Below, piece by piece: positions 7,849 through 16,891 of a DNA stretch of 39,296 nt; the stretch's first letter is position 1, and each line of letters opens with the position of its first letter. This DNA comes from a virus (Duplodnaviria > Heunggongvirae > Uroviricota > Caudoviricetes), in the IMG/VR virus record IMGVR_UViG_2541047784_000014; one strand, given 5' to 3'. Both the position numbers and the translations under genes were made by a program. The notes below the pieces were generated by a model that had not been told where the DNA came from, did not search any database, and worked only from the letters and a program-made list of their open reading frames with translations.

Positions 7849-8714
7849 TGTTGCTAGCTCTTCTAATTATCCCAATCCTGGTTAGCGGTTATATTATGAT
7901 AACCGCTAACCAGTATCATTATTTCCGTTTATACCGACACGAAGGCCAGCTTCTTTATATGAAAGTAGCGGCACTAGGTACATATTGCCTTGTTGCATCA
8001 GTAATAATTGCAGCCGCTATAAAATATAAATGGCCTGATTTTCACCTAGTTCACGATATGGTGGAAACTTTTAATGTAACATCAAAACCAGAAACAGATA
8101 GAATTTACATGTGGCTGCTTCTTCTCTCAGCCACATCCATTTGCTTCTCTTTGTGTTATGTGTCTGTTGTGTGGGTGAAAGATTTTCTTCTTGGTTGTTT
8201 TTATAAACGTGATATTTACGAGCAAAAAACAGAGGCAATGAAGGCCAGAGTACTGCGAAAAACTTACTCGCAAGGTTCTTTAGACTTACTATTGCTTGAT
8301 GCTATTGAATCGGATCCTAAACGACCAATGCTGATTACTTTATCATCAAACAAAGTGTATGTTGGAATAATAAATGGTTCTGGTGAACCAACGGAAAATC
8401 AGGGTCCGCATCAGCACATATCTTTTGTTCCTTTAATGTCAGGATACAGGAACAAAGAAAACTTATCTGTCACATTCACTAATGCTTATCCAGGAGAAAT
8501 ACAGGTCAAGCGGACTGCAGCAATAAGAGGAATTAGCAGAAAGAAAGTGCCAGGACTTGAGATCATGGTGTCTATTGACGAAATAAGTTATATATCATGG
8601 TTTGATTTTGAAGTATATAAAGCAACAAATAACAAAGTAGAATCCAGGGGGCACGTTATTCGTGTTACCAAAAATGGAAGAAATATATATCAAAGAAATA
8701 GCAAAAAAGAATAG
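7848..8714 (+). CDS. Hypothetical inner-membrane protein (about 3 N-terminal TM segments plus a roughly 170-aa soluble domain); candidate superinfection-exclusion or abortive-infection factor
   Basis: Long AT-rich ORF with hydrophobic N-terminus, translationally coupled to the 69-aa gene and followed by a strong terminator. Start uncertain (GTG 7848, TTG 7851 or ATG 7896). Function is inference only. Confidence 0.65.
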   Translation: MLLALLIIPILVSGYIMITANQYHYFRLYRHEGQLLYMKVAALGTYCLVASVIIAAAIKYKWPDFHLVHDMVETFNVTSKPETDRIYMWLLLLSATSICFSLCYVSVVWVKDFLLGCFYKRDIYEQKTEAMKARVLRKTYSQGSLDLLLLDAIESDPKRPMLITLSSNKVYVGIINGSGEPTENQGPHQHISFVPLMSGYRNKENLSVTFTNAYPGEIQVKRTAAIRGISRKKVPGLEIMVSIDEISYISWFDFEVYKATNNKVESRGHVIRVTKNGRNIYQRNSKKE

Positions 8715-8735
8715 CCCGCGCTGCGGGCTTTTTTG
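8713..8735 (+). terminator. Rho-independent terminator
   Basis: Hairpin AGCCCGC-gct-GCGGGCT followed by a T-run, immediately after the stop at 8712-8714. Confidence 0.8.
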
Positions 8736-8772
8736 TGTCTGCGGATTCCCGCCCGGGCGGCGGTGGCATTCG

Positions 8773-8798
8773 TTAAAAACAAGGCCGCGAAAGCGGCC
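8773..8798 (-). terminator. Rho-independent terminator for the minus-strand gene 8813-9262
   Basis: Hairpin GGCCGC-gaaa-GCGGCC (8783-8798) followed on the minus strand by UUGUUUUU. Confidence 0.7.
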
Positions 8799-8799
8799 T

Positions 8800-8811
8800 G
8801 TGACATGTCAC
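8800..8811. repeat. 12-bp perfect palindrome GTGACATGTCAC (copy 1 of 3)
   Basis: Identical 12-mer also at 25802-25813 and 28066-28077, each next to a terminator-type hairpin; here it lies between the stop codon (8813-8815) and the terminator hairpin. Confidence 0.6.
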
Positions 8812-8812
8812 G

Positions 8813-9262
8813 CTACTTGCGAAATCTTTCTTTACCCTTCCAGCCAGTAGATGTTAGTTCAGGATGAATGGTTCCCAATATAAAGCCAACCATAGCGGAG
8901 CGAGGATCTTCTATTTTATCCGTTAATTCTTCGGCATAACTCACAGGCAACCAAGCAACAAGATCACCAATCCTCAGCTTTGGTCCTTTGCTGTAAGATG
9001 AATCGGCAATAACAAAAAATCCACCATCAGCTGAGCACACCTTCAGCATTGCCCTTTGTCTTCCAGAATCTAGCAAAACTGGCTGTTCCCCACTTGGACC
9101 AGGTATGATGATGGCTGGCATTGGTTTATTGGCTGAAAGGCTTGTGTCAAGATACTTACACGCATACTCAAAAGCTGAAAAGTTATCCTTAAAGATAAGA
9201 GGTTGAATTTTATTGCTAACCTCCTTACCACCGATTAATCTGTTGATCATCTTCTTGAACAT
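8813..9262 (-). CDS. Hypothetical protein (about 149 aa)
   Basis: ORF with in-frame ATG codons at 9262 and 9250 (the track start is a GTG at 9271); moderately AT-rich; followed by palindrome and terminator. Confidence 0.55.
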   Translation of the reverse strand: MFKKMINRLIGGKEVSNKIQPLIFKDNFSAFEYACKYLDTSLSANKPMPAIIIPGPSGEQPVLLDSGRQRAMLKVCSADGGFFVIADSSYSKGPKLRIGDLVAWLPVSYAEELTDKIEDPRSAMVGFILGTIHPELTSTGWKGKERFRK

Positions 9263-9274
9263 AAAGGTCACCTA

Positions 9275-9715
9275 ATGATTAAGCCGATGCACGCTATTAC
9301 AGCTACCGTTTTGTTTATCCTACCAATTTTTTCGTTTGCAAACGACATATGTTTTAAGAATTTAATAAATGAGGATATGTGTGCACATGCAAACAAAATT
9401 GCATCAGAAGCAGGAAAGTCACTTCCCATAAAATTGAATGATAATATGTCTATTGTTTCAATAAATGCAATACTAAACAAACTTTTAGTTGTAGCGCATC
9501 TTAATTACAACAACAGCTATTTATCAAAAGTTTATAACGGTGATGTAACCTTAGAAAATAAATTAAAGAGTGTAATGCGAAATTATTCAAAATCGAGCAT
9601 TTGCTCCAACAGGCAAATGAAAGCATTTATTCACCTTGGCGGAGAGATTGAATATAGGTATGTATTTAGTGATGGCAATATATTTGATACATACGCCATC
9701 ACTAATTGTGAATAG
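9275..9715 (+). CDS. Secreted (signal-peptide) Cys-containing protein, AT-rich accessory gene
   Basis: Predicted signal peptide (probable cleavage after FSFA); 4 Cys in the mature part; very AT-rich; on the strand opposite to the flanking late genes, its stop codon abutting the convergent stop of the 1129-aa gene (TAG/CTA at 9713-9718). Confidence 0.6.
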   Translation: MIKPMHAITATVLFILPIFSFANDICFKNLINEDMCAHANKIASEAGKSLPIKLNDNMSIVSINAILNKLLVVAHLNYNNSYLSKVYNGDVTLENKLKSVMRNYSKSSICSNRQMKAFIHLGGEIEYRYVFSDGNIFDTYAITNCE

Positions 9716-12700
9716 CTATTTCATCTGCTCTTCAACTTTATTTAGTAACGGTGATATCGCCCACAGGTTCTGAAAAGGTAGCATTTTACGGACCGCGTGG
9801 GTTTGCTGGCTGTCAAATTCTCCGTTAAGTACACCATTCGCAACCGTCGCGGCATCACCGCCAAGATCAAAGGTAGGACCAAGTAAAGCACCAATAGCAT
9901 TACGACTCTGAAACCTTGATACCGGAGGCGCACCAAACATCGCGCCAAGACCAAACCTACCGCCGCTTATGTTCTCAACGGTATTCAGCGGCTCAGAGAG
10001 CCAGCCAAGCATTCCGCCCCGGTCGATCCCCTCTTTCACAAGGTTATTCCAGCTGTAGTCGATATCGCGACCGCTTAACTTCTGTTTCATCATATAGACC
10101 ATTGAGCCAAGCGCAATCGTGCCAAGCGCACCAAGATAGAATGCAGCATCGCCCTGCTGGATACCAGATACTAGCACCCTGTTATGCTGTGCGAAGATAA
10201 ACGTTTTGAACTGCGTGATCATCTTCCAGCCTTCTTTACTAAAAAACAGCGGTGTATCACCTACGCCAGGCGTTACAATCACTGAGTCTACATCTTTCAG
10301 CACTGCAGACTGGAAAATCTCTCTAGCGAAACGGTCATCCCACAGATGACTATGCCCGGTTAACAGCCCGTCCATATCCTCTCCGTGCTTCCCGAATTGC
10401 TCCCCGATTCGGCGCAGAACATCTTCATTGATGCCGACCTGTGCCATCTTCCGCATTTCACTTTTGGAGAGCGTGCCACCAGCAGAAACTTGGCGAGCCG
10501 CGTCAAGTATCCTCGACTGCACTATCATCCCGGACCATGATTTAAGTGCGCTGTTCCACTGATTCATCAGCGTCCAGTTACCGAATTTCTGCGTCATCCA
10601 GTTCAGACCTCGCTCAGCGGCGCTTCTCCGGCTATAGGGGTCAGTAAGATCCGCTATAGCCTTTGTACGCGTAGACAGGACATAATCAAGCCCAACGGCC
10701 ATTTCTCGCAAATCCCTGGTTGCAATTTTCACTGAGTCCATATTTTTAAGCATGCTTACCATTGGTCCGAGAGATTTTCTCAGGCCATGCTGCATCATCG
10801 GTCGCATCAGATCAGTTGCAGCGGAGACAGTCATTCCACCAAGCAAACGGAGGAAGTTAATATTCCTAGCAACTCGCCCGGCACGAACAAAGAAACTGCG
10901 TGGATCTTGAGGTGCACCGTAAGTACCAAGCAGTCGATCACGCATAGCCGTAATATCCCTAATATCAGCCTCCCGTTGCTTCTCAAGAACTGCACGTCGT
11001 TTAGGTGTTTTAGCCTCTTTTATTAGCCGGGTATATTCCTCACTAACCTGACGGATTTGCTCCCCCATATCTTTACGGCCAAACTGCGCAGTCAGCTCAA
11101 TTTCTGGTGCCACCTGCCGGAGATAACTTTCCATGATGTAGTTAACATCTGATTCAAGAAAATCTTCTATACGCTCATCAGGAATAAGCAGCGTTCTGCT
11201 TTTAGTGAAACCAGCCCGACCAACGAGTCTCTCTGGGATAATATCGGCTGGTACAAGCCCGGAAGGTGCGCCTATTATTTTATTCACGATCTCGTCAGCA
11301 GCGTCCTCTGCTTCCTCTCGGGATAGAGGCTCCATCTGCTTCAGTGCTCGTTCGCGGCTTGCATTCAGCCTTGTGGTTGAATTTGCCCGTTTTTGCAGTC
11401 GGCGAAGCTCAGAACGATATTTCCGTGGATTATCCAGCAACTCCATATGGCGCTGATAGACAGGAAGCTCACTCTTTGCCTGCGCTATATCATCAAGGCG
11501 TGTTTTAAGGTCAGAGCTTTCTTTCATCATTCTTGCCTGAAGTTTTTCTGATGAAGTCTCGGCCAACTCTTTTTCTATTCTTGTAAGACGCGCCTGTGTG
11601 TCAGTCTCCTGAGATATAAGCTTATTTCGTTTATCCAGTTCTTCCATGAGTAGAATTTTTTTACCAGACCATTTCTCCGCTTCAGCGATTTCACTAGCGA
11701 GAGCATCAGCGCGCGGTGCCGATTCCTCTGCAGTTTTTAGCAATGAATTTATCCTTTCAATTCGCTGACCTGCTTTGTCAGCACCTTTGGCACTAATCCC
11801 TTGTATCCAGTTGGCAATTCGCCCTCTGAATTCAGTGCGGTCGGAAAGTATCTTATCGAACTTATAAATGCGGGGAAGATAACTTTTCGCCGTCACGACA
11901 TCGATATCCTCAGGAAGGATCCCCAGTTCCTGCATACGGGCTTTTGTGGTCTCGAAAATGGGGCGGATTCTGGCGGCTGCTTGTGAAACCTCAGGAATAT
12001 CACTCTGATCACCACGGCGCATAGCCATGCCAACAGCTTCATTGAACTCAATAAAGTTCATCCTCTTCACGCCGCGGGCGCTAACAGATTTGCTGTACTG
12101 CTGGTAAGCATCACGAGTGGCTTCCATCTGCTTATAAAGCATGGCGTCGTATTGCTTAATCTTAGTCTCGACTGCCGTAAACGTAGCCAACCCCTCATCA
12201 TTTTTGGCGAAGAAATAGTTATTTTCGGCAAGCTGCTGGTTAATCTGACGGGAGACAAGAGATGGTGATTGAGCCAAGCGGCCAGCAGGAGTGACACTCA
12301 ACGTTTTGTTAGCAAGTCCAAGTCCAGCGAGCTGTTCCTGATCGAGTGTGGTATTGAAAACCTGAGCTGCACCAATGCTTTGAGGAGAATCCATACCTCG
12401 CAAATGATTACCTACTGAGTTAACCACTGCCTCGCGCGCGCTAGGTCCAGCAAGTAGCTGTGCACCAGCACCAAGGATCCCACCAACGAGAGCATCAACA
12501 ACAACGTTCGATACGCTCTCCATCGGTGAGCGAGCTTCCTGAGTGGCCTGTAATGCGGCTTCTGATACTCCCCCACCAGCAGCATTCGCCAGGGCAAAAC
12601 GCCCTGCCGTCTCAGCAATACTTCCTCCACGCGCTACCGCCCCTACAGGGATAAACATTGCAGCCACATTAACCGGGTCTATCATTCCCATTGCTAAGCT

Positions 12701-13105
12701 TGAAATAGTACCAGCACCACCCATTTCAGATAGATATTCTCTATCTGTTCTTTGCTTATCGATTCGATGTTTAATTGCCATTGTTTCTTCATGCGAACCG
12801 GAGTTGATAAACGAATCTGCAAAATCTTCATAGCCTTTAATATCTGCTGCATCGTTATCAAATGGGTTATATCCTTCAACCCTGTCAAACTGACTGAAAG
12901 GAGCACTGGCAATAAAGCTACCCAGCGTGTTATCTATACGAAATGCTGCTTGTCTAGACCTTTGAACGCGTTGATCACTGGTAAATGGGTTCACAGCAGA
13001 AAGCAAAGAAGGTGTTTCCATATAGAAATTACTGTCATCAGGTGCTGCTATTTGCTGAATATCCTCGCCAAGCAACTCTTTAGGATCCTGTTCATATATC
13101 GGCAT
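9716..13105 (-). CDS. Internal virion (ejection/core) protein, T7 gp16-like position
   Basis: 1129 aa; Gly/Ala-rich hydrophobic stretches and long coiled-coil region; last large gene before the tail-fibre position in T7 order. Confidence 0.75.
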   Translation of the reverse strand: MPIYEQDPKELLGEDIQQIAAPDDSNFYMETPSLLSAVNPFTSDQRVQRSRQAAFRIDNTLGSFIASAPFSQFDRVEGYNPFDNDAADIKGYEDFADSFINSGSHEETMAIKHRIDKQRTDREYLSEMGGAGTISSLAMGMIDPVNVAAMFIPVGAVARGGSIAETAGRFALANAAGGGVSEAALQATQEARSPMESVSNVVVDALVGGILGAGAQLLAGPSAREAVVNSVGNHLRGMDSPQSIGAAQVFNTTLDQEQLAGLGLANKTLSVTPAGRLAQSPSLVSRQINQQLAENNYFFAKNDEGLATFTAVETKIKQYDAMLYKQMEATRDAYQQYSKSVSARGVKRMNFIEFNEAVGMAMRRGDQSDIPEVSQAAARIRPIFETTKARMQELGILPEDIDVVTAKSYLPRIYKFDKILSDRTEFRGRIANWIQGISAKGADKAGQRIERINSLLKTAEESAPRADALASEIAEAEKWSGKKILLMEELDKRNKLISQETDTQARLTRIEKELAETSSEKLQARMMKESSDLKTRLDDIAQAKSELPVYQRHMELLDNPRKYRSELRRLQKRANSTTRLNASRERALKQMEPLSREEAEDAADEIVNKIIGAPSGLVPADIIPERLVGRAGFTKSRTLLIPDERIEDFLESDVNYIMESYLRQVAPEIELTAQFGRKDMGEQIRQVSEEYTRLIKEAKTPKRRAVLEKQREADIRDITAMRDRLLGTYGAPQDPRSFFVRAGRVARNINFLRLLGGMTVSAATDLMRPMMQHGLRKSLGPMVSMLKNMDSVKIATRDLREMAVGLDYVLSTRTKAIADLTDPYSRRSAAERGLNWMTQKFGNWTLMNQWNSALKSWSGMIVQSRILDAARQVSAGGTLSKSEMRKMAQVGINEDVLRRIGEQFGKHGEDMDGLLTGHSHLWDDRFAREIFQSAVLKDVDSVIVTPGVGDTPLFFSKEGWKMITQFKTFIFAQHNRVLVSGIQQGDAAFYLGALGTIALGSMVYMMKQKLSGRDIDYSWNNLVKEGIDRGGMLGWLSEPLNTVENISGGRFGLGAMFGAPPVSRFQSRNAIGALLGPTFDLGGDAATVANGVLNGEFDSQQTHAVRKMLPFQNLWAISPLLNKVEEQMK

Positions 13106-15852
13106 TATTTGCCCCCTGCGTATATATTGCTCGGAAGGTAATTGGCTGAACCATAACCGAATGGTTTGGTCAGATCTGGAGGAGTATATCCATCTTTATT
13201 GCTGAACTGCGGCAGCGGATTGCCTTCTCTCCGCACTCTAGCCTCATCAACACGTTGTTGCTGGAACTGAATGGTTTGCCTGTACATTGGAGATGTCAGC
13301 TGATCCGGCTTGAAACGAACAGGGAGACCATTTTCTCCAATATAATTTCTCGGTTCTATCGCTCCGTTTGCGTCAGGCTGTAAAACCATAACAGCATAAC
13401 TCCTATCCCTTGCCGTAAGGCCATCAGAAACAAGTATTAAGTCCGTATCACTGCGAGGACCGCCAAAGGATTTTGATTTAAGCTCGCGTTTTTCCTGCTC
13501 CCACTGCCCCTGTATCCAGTTACCAGCACCATTATTTACTCCGTACAATGCCTCAGGTGCATACTTCATAACCTCTGCTTTGCCATTAACCGTAGAAACT
13601 CCCCAGGTGGTTCTGATCATGGCATTGGTCATTTTCTCAGCCTGTTCTGCATCGCCACCTGTCTGTACAAAGTTAGCATCGTAAATTGTCTGGTAATCTC
13701 GCTGATAGGCCGCATTTGATTTTCCTGGATCGGTAATATCCGGAGACCACGAACCAAAGGAAGTCAGACTGCTGGCGTTATTTTGTGCAGCAGTTGCCCT
13801 CGCCGCGACATATTTTTTGTCTCGCATGGCAGTGGAAAGCATCTGTTTCATTCGGTCATCCTGTTGGAACACCTGGCTGTAAGCCATATCAACAGCCTTA
13901 TCCTCCGGCACGCCAGCGCGGGAATAATCGTAAACCTTGCCGTAAAATGCCATCGTACTTTTATCAAGTGTTGCCGCTGCCGCCGGATTATTATCGAATA
14001 ACTGACCGTAGAATTTTGCCATCGGGACAACCAGCGCAGGATCTCTTGATGTTGCTCCACTGTTAAGCATTGTTTTAACCTGAGTTGGTATCATGCCGCT
14101 TTTAGTTGTGACGGTGACCAGTGTATTGATGCTCTGCGGATCAGATATGGAAAACGAAGGCGCGATATCCTGCGCGAAATAACGGTCTACCGCTGCCTGA
14201 TTGTTTTTGTCGTTCGGGTCCAGCGGGAAGTTATTTTGCATTGAAGACACGAACCTGTTTCTTCCCTGCTGAATCTCCCACTCCCTATCCATCTCTTTAA
14301 ATTTGGCCTGCATTTTCTCCCAGCGTTGCTGGTTAGCTGCAAATCCAGGAGCGTTTGGATCCTGTGGACGTAAACGTTCAAGAATGTCTTGTCGTCCTTC
14401 TGGAGTGAGGTCTTTAGCGGCACCAATGACACCTCCATATTGTATCTGCGCCTGCATATCCTTCCACTTCATAGCGCCAATGCGCGGACCATTGGCCCGG
14501 ATAAAATCGTCCTCAGAAGGTAACTTCTCAGGTTTCAATCCTTCATCAAGGGCTGAATATGCATCTTTAACTACGGTGCTAAGCTGGTCCGCATACTGCT
14601 GGCGGTACTGATTTCTCAGCTCATTAGCCTGCCTCAATGCCTGTATTTGCATTTGAGGGCTCATAGCATCAAATGCCGCATTGCCCGTATAACGCTTAGG
14701 TGAATCAAGGTTAGTTAGACCAAGGGCTGCCGAGATACCAGTTTCAAGCTGTTCGGTGCTATAAGGCATACTGCCATTTTCGTGTTTAATAATCCCAGCA
14801 CATAAAGCAGCTAGTGTCTTTGGGTTAGAGATATCAAGCTGATCATTCTCCCCAACACCAAGCTCACCACACAATGCCCTAATATAAGCATCAGTATTAT
14901 TACCATCACTAGCCGGAGCATAGCGATTAACAATCTCGCTAACGGTGTCATAGCCTTGACGCTGGTAAGACAACATATTTTTACCCAACGCGCGGATTCC
15001 ATGCTCAGGGGTAGCAAACGTTGCAAAACGTCCATCGCTACCGATCTGACCTTCCCACGGGTTAGATTTGCTCGCTTCAATATTACCAGGGTTATTATTA
15101 CGTAAACCACGAGCATCCAATGAATTACCATGTGATATTGCACGACTCACACCATCAAGATCCCCTGGCTCTCCATTAACCTGAAGAAACTCGTTGTATT
15201 TTTGAGCGATATTTCCTATCCATGCTTGCTGCCCCATTTGTTCCTTGAGCTGAGTTTTCTGCTGAACACGCCACTCATCAGGAAGCCCATGCGCATCAGC
15301 GTATTGATCAATAGATTCAAATCGCTGCTTGGCTAAATCGACAAATGCTTGGTTATCGCTATATAGCCCCGCAGACTGAGTGACAGCCAATGCATTTCCT
15401 GACAAATACGTTTGATCTTGGAATTGCTGAAACTGCCCAACTTCATATCGACGTGCCTGATTGTAATAAGACTGCATAGACTGCTGGAGTTGAAAGGATA
15501 ATTTATTCCTTTCCTCACTTTCAGGAATTGAGCCTAATAATGCCTGAGCCCTTTCCTGCATATTTTTCATAACAGCGTCACTCTGACCAAGAGCGTTTTT
15601 ACCCTGTTTAGAAATCAGCCCACTTTCAGGGTTGTTAATCTGGTCATCTGCAAATTGGTTAAATTGCAGTAACGCCTCCTGGGCCATAGCAACATTCGCT
15701 TTCTGCCTGGCTTCACCATATGCCACCGCATACTGATCTGCGACATTCGCCAGCACCTGACCTGCTTGAGGAACATCGAAGATCTGAAAACCACCGGTTT
15801 GCACACCACGACTTTGCACCTGGCGTCCGGATGTAGTAGGAACAACAGGCAT
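13105..15852 (-). CDS. Internal virion protein with putative peptidoglycan-hydrolase motif (T7 gp15/gp16-like)
   Basis: 915 aa; central motif GLRNNNPGNIEASKSNPWEGQIG...YAPASDGNN resembles virion-associated cell-wall hydrolase domains; start overlaps the upstream stop. Confidence 0.75.
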   Translation of the reverse strand: MPVVPTTSGRQVQSRGVQTGGFQIFDVPQAGQVLANVADQYAVAYGEARQKANVAMAQEALLQFNQFADDQINNPESGLISKQGKNALGQSDAVMKNMQERAQALLGSIPESEERNKLSFQLQQSMQSYYNQARRYEVGQFQQFQDQTYLSGNALAVTQSAGLYSDNQAFVDLAKQRFESIDQYADAHGLPDEWRVQQKTQLKEQMGQQAWIGNIAQKYNEFLQVNGEPGDLDGVSRAISHGNSLDARGLRNNNPGNIEASKSNPWEGQIGSDGRFATFATPEHGIRALGKNMLSYQRQGYDTVSEIVNRYAPASDGNNTDAYIRALCGELGVGENDQLDISNPKTLAALCAGIIKHENGSMPYSTEQLETGISAALGLTNLDSPKRYTGNAAFDAMSPQMQIQALRQANELRNQYRQQYADQLSTVVKDAYSALDEGLKPEKLPSEDDFIRANGPRIGAMKWKDMQAQIQYGGVIGAAKDLTPEGRQDILERLRPQDPNAPGFAANQQRWEKMQAKFKEMDREWEIQQGRNRFVSSMQNNFPLDPNDKNNQAAVDRYFAQDIAPSFSISDPQSINTLVTVTTKSGMIPTQVKTMLNSGATSRDPALVVPMAKFYGQLFDNNPAAAATLDKSTMAFYGKVYDYSRAGVPEDKAVDMAYSQVFQQDDRMKQMLSTAMRDKKYVAARATAAQNNASSLTSFGSWSPDITDPGKSNAAYQRDYQTIYDANFVQTGGDAEQAEKMTNAMIRTTWGVSTVNGKAEVMKYAPEALYGVNNGAGNWIQGQWEQEKRELKSKSFGGPRSDTDLILVSDGLTARDRSYAVMVLQPDANGAIEPRNYIGENGLPVRFKPDQLTSPMYRQTIQFQQQRVDEARVRREGNPLPQFSNKDGYTPPDLTKPFGYGSANYLPSNIYAGGK

Positions 15853-16427
15853 CAGTAACCTCCTATTTTGAATCGGGAGTCAGAATTCATAAAACCTGAG
15901 TTAGATAACATTGGCGTCCCACCACTAGATGTACTTCCTTTAGAGAACGGACTCCACGTCCCACCAAACATCTGGTACGCACCGTATGCCTTCAGAGGCG
16001 CAGTGAGCAATGTTGTTGCTGCTCCCACATTCCCCTGTTTACGGGCTGAACTGGCTTCTGCTTTATAGTTGGCAGCCTGAACCTGATAACCGTAAGCCTC
16101 GCGTTGCGCGTTATTCACCGTCGTCAGCGAATCAAGAGCGCCAAACTGGGCAGTGTCGCCAAATATATCCAGCGCGTTACCTGTAGATAAATCAGCGCCG
16201 GTAGCCCCCATTGTCGCCGCCTGTGTACCAAGCCGCTGTCGGGTCTCTCTGCGCCGTTGCTCAGCTTCAGCGTTACCTCTGTTTATTGCATCATTTGCCT
16301 GAGCTGTGGCTATATCTGCGTTCGCTTCTGCAACCTTCGAGGCATACTTTCCCTGTTGGTACTGGGTGTATGCCTGAATGCCACTCATGGCGAGCATTGC
16401 GCCACCAGCAATAACCGGATCGCACAT
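15852..16427 (-). CDS. Internal virion protein B-like (T7 gp14-like)
   Basis: 191 aa; N-terminus MCDPVIAGGAMLAMSGIQAYTQ parallels the T7 gp14 N-terminus (MC...A..I..SG.QA); correct position in T7 order. Confidence 0.65.
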   Translation of the reverse strand: MCDPVIAGGAMLAMSGIQAYTQYQQGKYASKVAEANADIATAQANDAINRGNAEAEQRRRETRQRLGTQAATMGATGADLSTGNALDIFGDTAQFGALDSLTTVNNAQREAYGYQVQAANYKAEASSARKQGNVGAATTLLTAPLKAYGAYQMFGGTWSPFSKGSTSSGGTPMLSNSGFMNSDSRFKIGGY

Positions 16428-16891
16428 TATTTTCTCTCCATGTGAAATCTGTGGAAATTAAGACCAAGAGCACCATAAGGCGCGGCTTCTTCAAGCCTGA
16501 ATCCAAGCCAGTGCAGCCATGCTTTGGCAACATGGTTTCGCTCGTCGACGTAGTTTTCCAGGCGCGGATAAACTGCCAGCATCTGCTGCAATACAGGGCG
16601 GCAGTGGCGAAGAAATGTCTTCTGATATTTTTCAATACGGCTGGTTCCTACCAGCCAGGGCGTACCATTGCCACCGATCATTGACGCCGGAGATACGCCA
16701 AACATGGTTACCAGTTCTCCGTTCGCAAATCCTGACCAGGCCATAGTCGCAGTACGCAGACCAACACGCAGCGCATCTTCGGTAGTCATCAGTGATACCG
16801 CATACAGTTCGTCAATATCAGCCTGACGAACATCCGGCAAAATCATCTGAAGATGCTCTTCGGTTGCGGGAATAATTTGAACATCGATCAT
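16427..16891 (-). CDS. Hypothetical virion protein (T7 gp13 position)
   Basis: 154 aa; translationally coupled between tail tubular B-like and gp14-like genes. Confidence 0.55.
   Translation of the reverse strand: MIDVQIIPATEEHLQMILPDVRQADIDELYAVSLMTTEDALRVGLRTATMAWSGFANGELVTMFGVSPASMIGGNGTPWLVGTSRIEKYQKTFLRHCRPVLQQMLAVYPRLENYVDERNHVAKAWLHWLGFRLEEAAPYGALGLNFHRFHMERK

Noticed and set aside
8749-8760. 12-bp GC palindrome CCGCCCGGGCGG
   Set aside because: Single occurrence, contains the common CCCGGG palindrome and lies between two convergent terminators; no evidence of function beyond possible extra secondary structure.
8800-8811. GTGACATGTCAC interpreted as a CRP binding site
   Set aside because: CRP sites are TGTGA-N6-TCACA; here the two halves are separated by only 2 bp, so the geometry does not fit CRP.
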